Origin: a candidate division WOR-3 bacterium | GTDB lineage: Bacteria > Hydrothermota > Tepidihabitantia > Tepidihabitantales > Tepidihabitantaceae | Length of the DNA: 46,090 bases | Direction: 5' to 3' | NCBI GenBank assembly: GCA_037441285.1 | Contig: JBBISL010000013.1 | Span: 1,286 to 47,375 of the forward strand | Shown here: piece by piece, positions 45,889-46,090 of the stretch | How the letters are laid out: every line of letters starts with the position of its first letter | How positions within the stretch are numbered: the stretch's first letter is position 1 | Notes under the pieces: model-generated | Told to the model about the DNA's origin: nothing | Seen by the model: the letters and a program-made list of their open reading frames with translations, nothing else | Databases searched by the model: none | Translations under genes and position numbers: made by a program

Positions 45889-46090
45889 ATGAGAAGCAGT
45901 CTTAAGTCGGCGATGAAAGGAAGAGCGACAGGCAACGGCGTTGCCTATAGGGTTGGTTGGTTGTTGAGCGTTACGGTGGTTTTTGTGCTTCTGGTTGGAG
46001 GGGGCTGTCCGAATAGTTCGGACAACAAGGCGATTGACCGTGCGATTGCGGACTATACAAAGGCGATTGAACTGAACCCGAAATATGCTG
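45889..46090 (+). CDS. TPR lipoprotein, runs off window end
   Basis: AGGAGG then ATG 45889; hydrophobic stretch ending GGGC (lipobox-like); DRAIADYTKAIELNPKYA. Confidence 0.7.
   Translation, partial: MRSSLKSAMKGRATGNGVAYRVGWLLSVTVVFVLLVGGGCPNSSDNKAIDRAIADYTKAIELNPKYA

Noticed and set aside
45481..46082. Diversity-generating retroelement TR/VR pair
   Set aside because: Short, mismatches are not confined to adenines of one copy, and no reverse transcriptase is present in the window.

Overview
Mostly core-genome region of a GC-moderate diderm bacterium. TonB receptor, Sec signal peptides and T9SS/CTD-like C-termini are present; the gene style suggests candidate phylum WOR-3 or a relative (inference only). 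Contents in order: an Omp28/thioredoxin-fold secreted protein that extends upstream of the ORF track through an in-frame UGA in a UxxC motif with a SECIS-like hairpin (candidate selenoprotein); purH; a NikR-operator-controlled metal uptake operon (two small membrane proteins, nikR, TonB receptor, ABC system); an ABC-2 exporter; an MFS pump; two more CTD-bearing proteins (one frameshifted); DUF362; two fused membrane/spermidine-synthase-like methyltransferases; an SLBB protein; rpiB-ilvE-tRNA-Met with an Ile/Leu/Val-rich leader ORF; surE; an AIRS/ThiN/S55/beta-propeller cluster; TPR/GNAT genes; pepP-efp followed by a catalytically eroded accC; and the DJ-1-dtd-yicC-gmk-rpoZ-coaBC-dnaB-radA-TRAM operon. 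Most notable observations: the selenoprotein, the pseudo-biotin-carboxylase plus several other intact but apparently inactive enzymes, the ilvE leader, pervasive leaderless promoters, an ATT start candidate, and a tRNA-like CCA-ended fold beside an AT-rich island. All calls come from reading the sequence; no searches were run.
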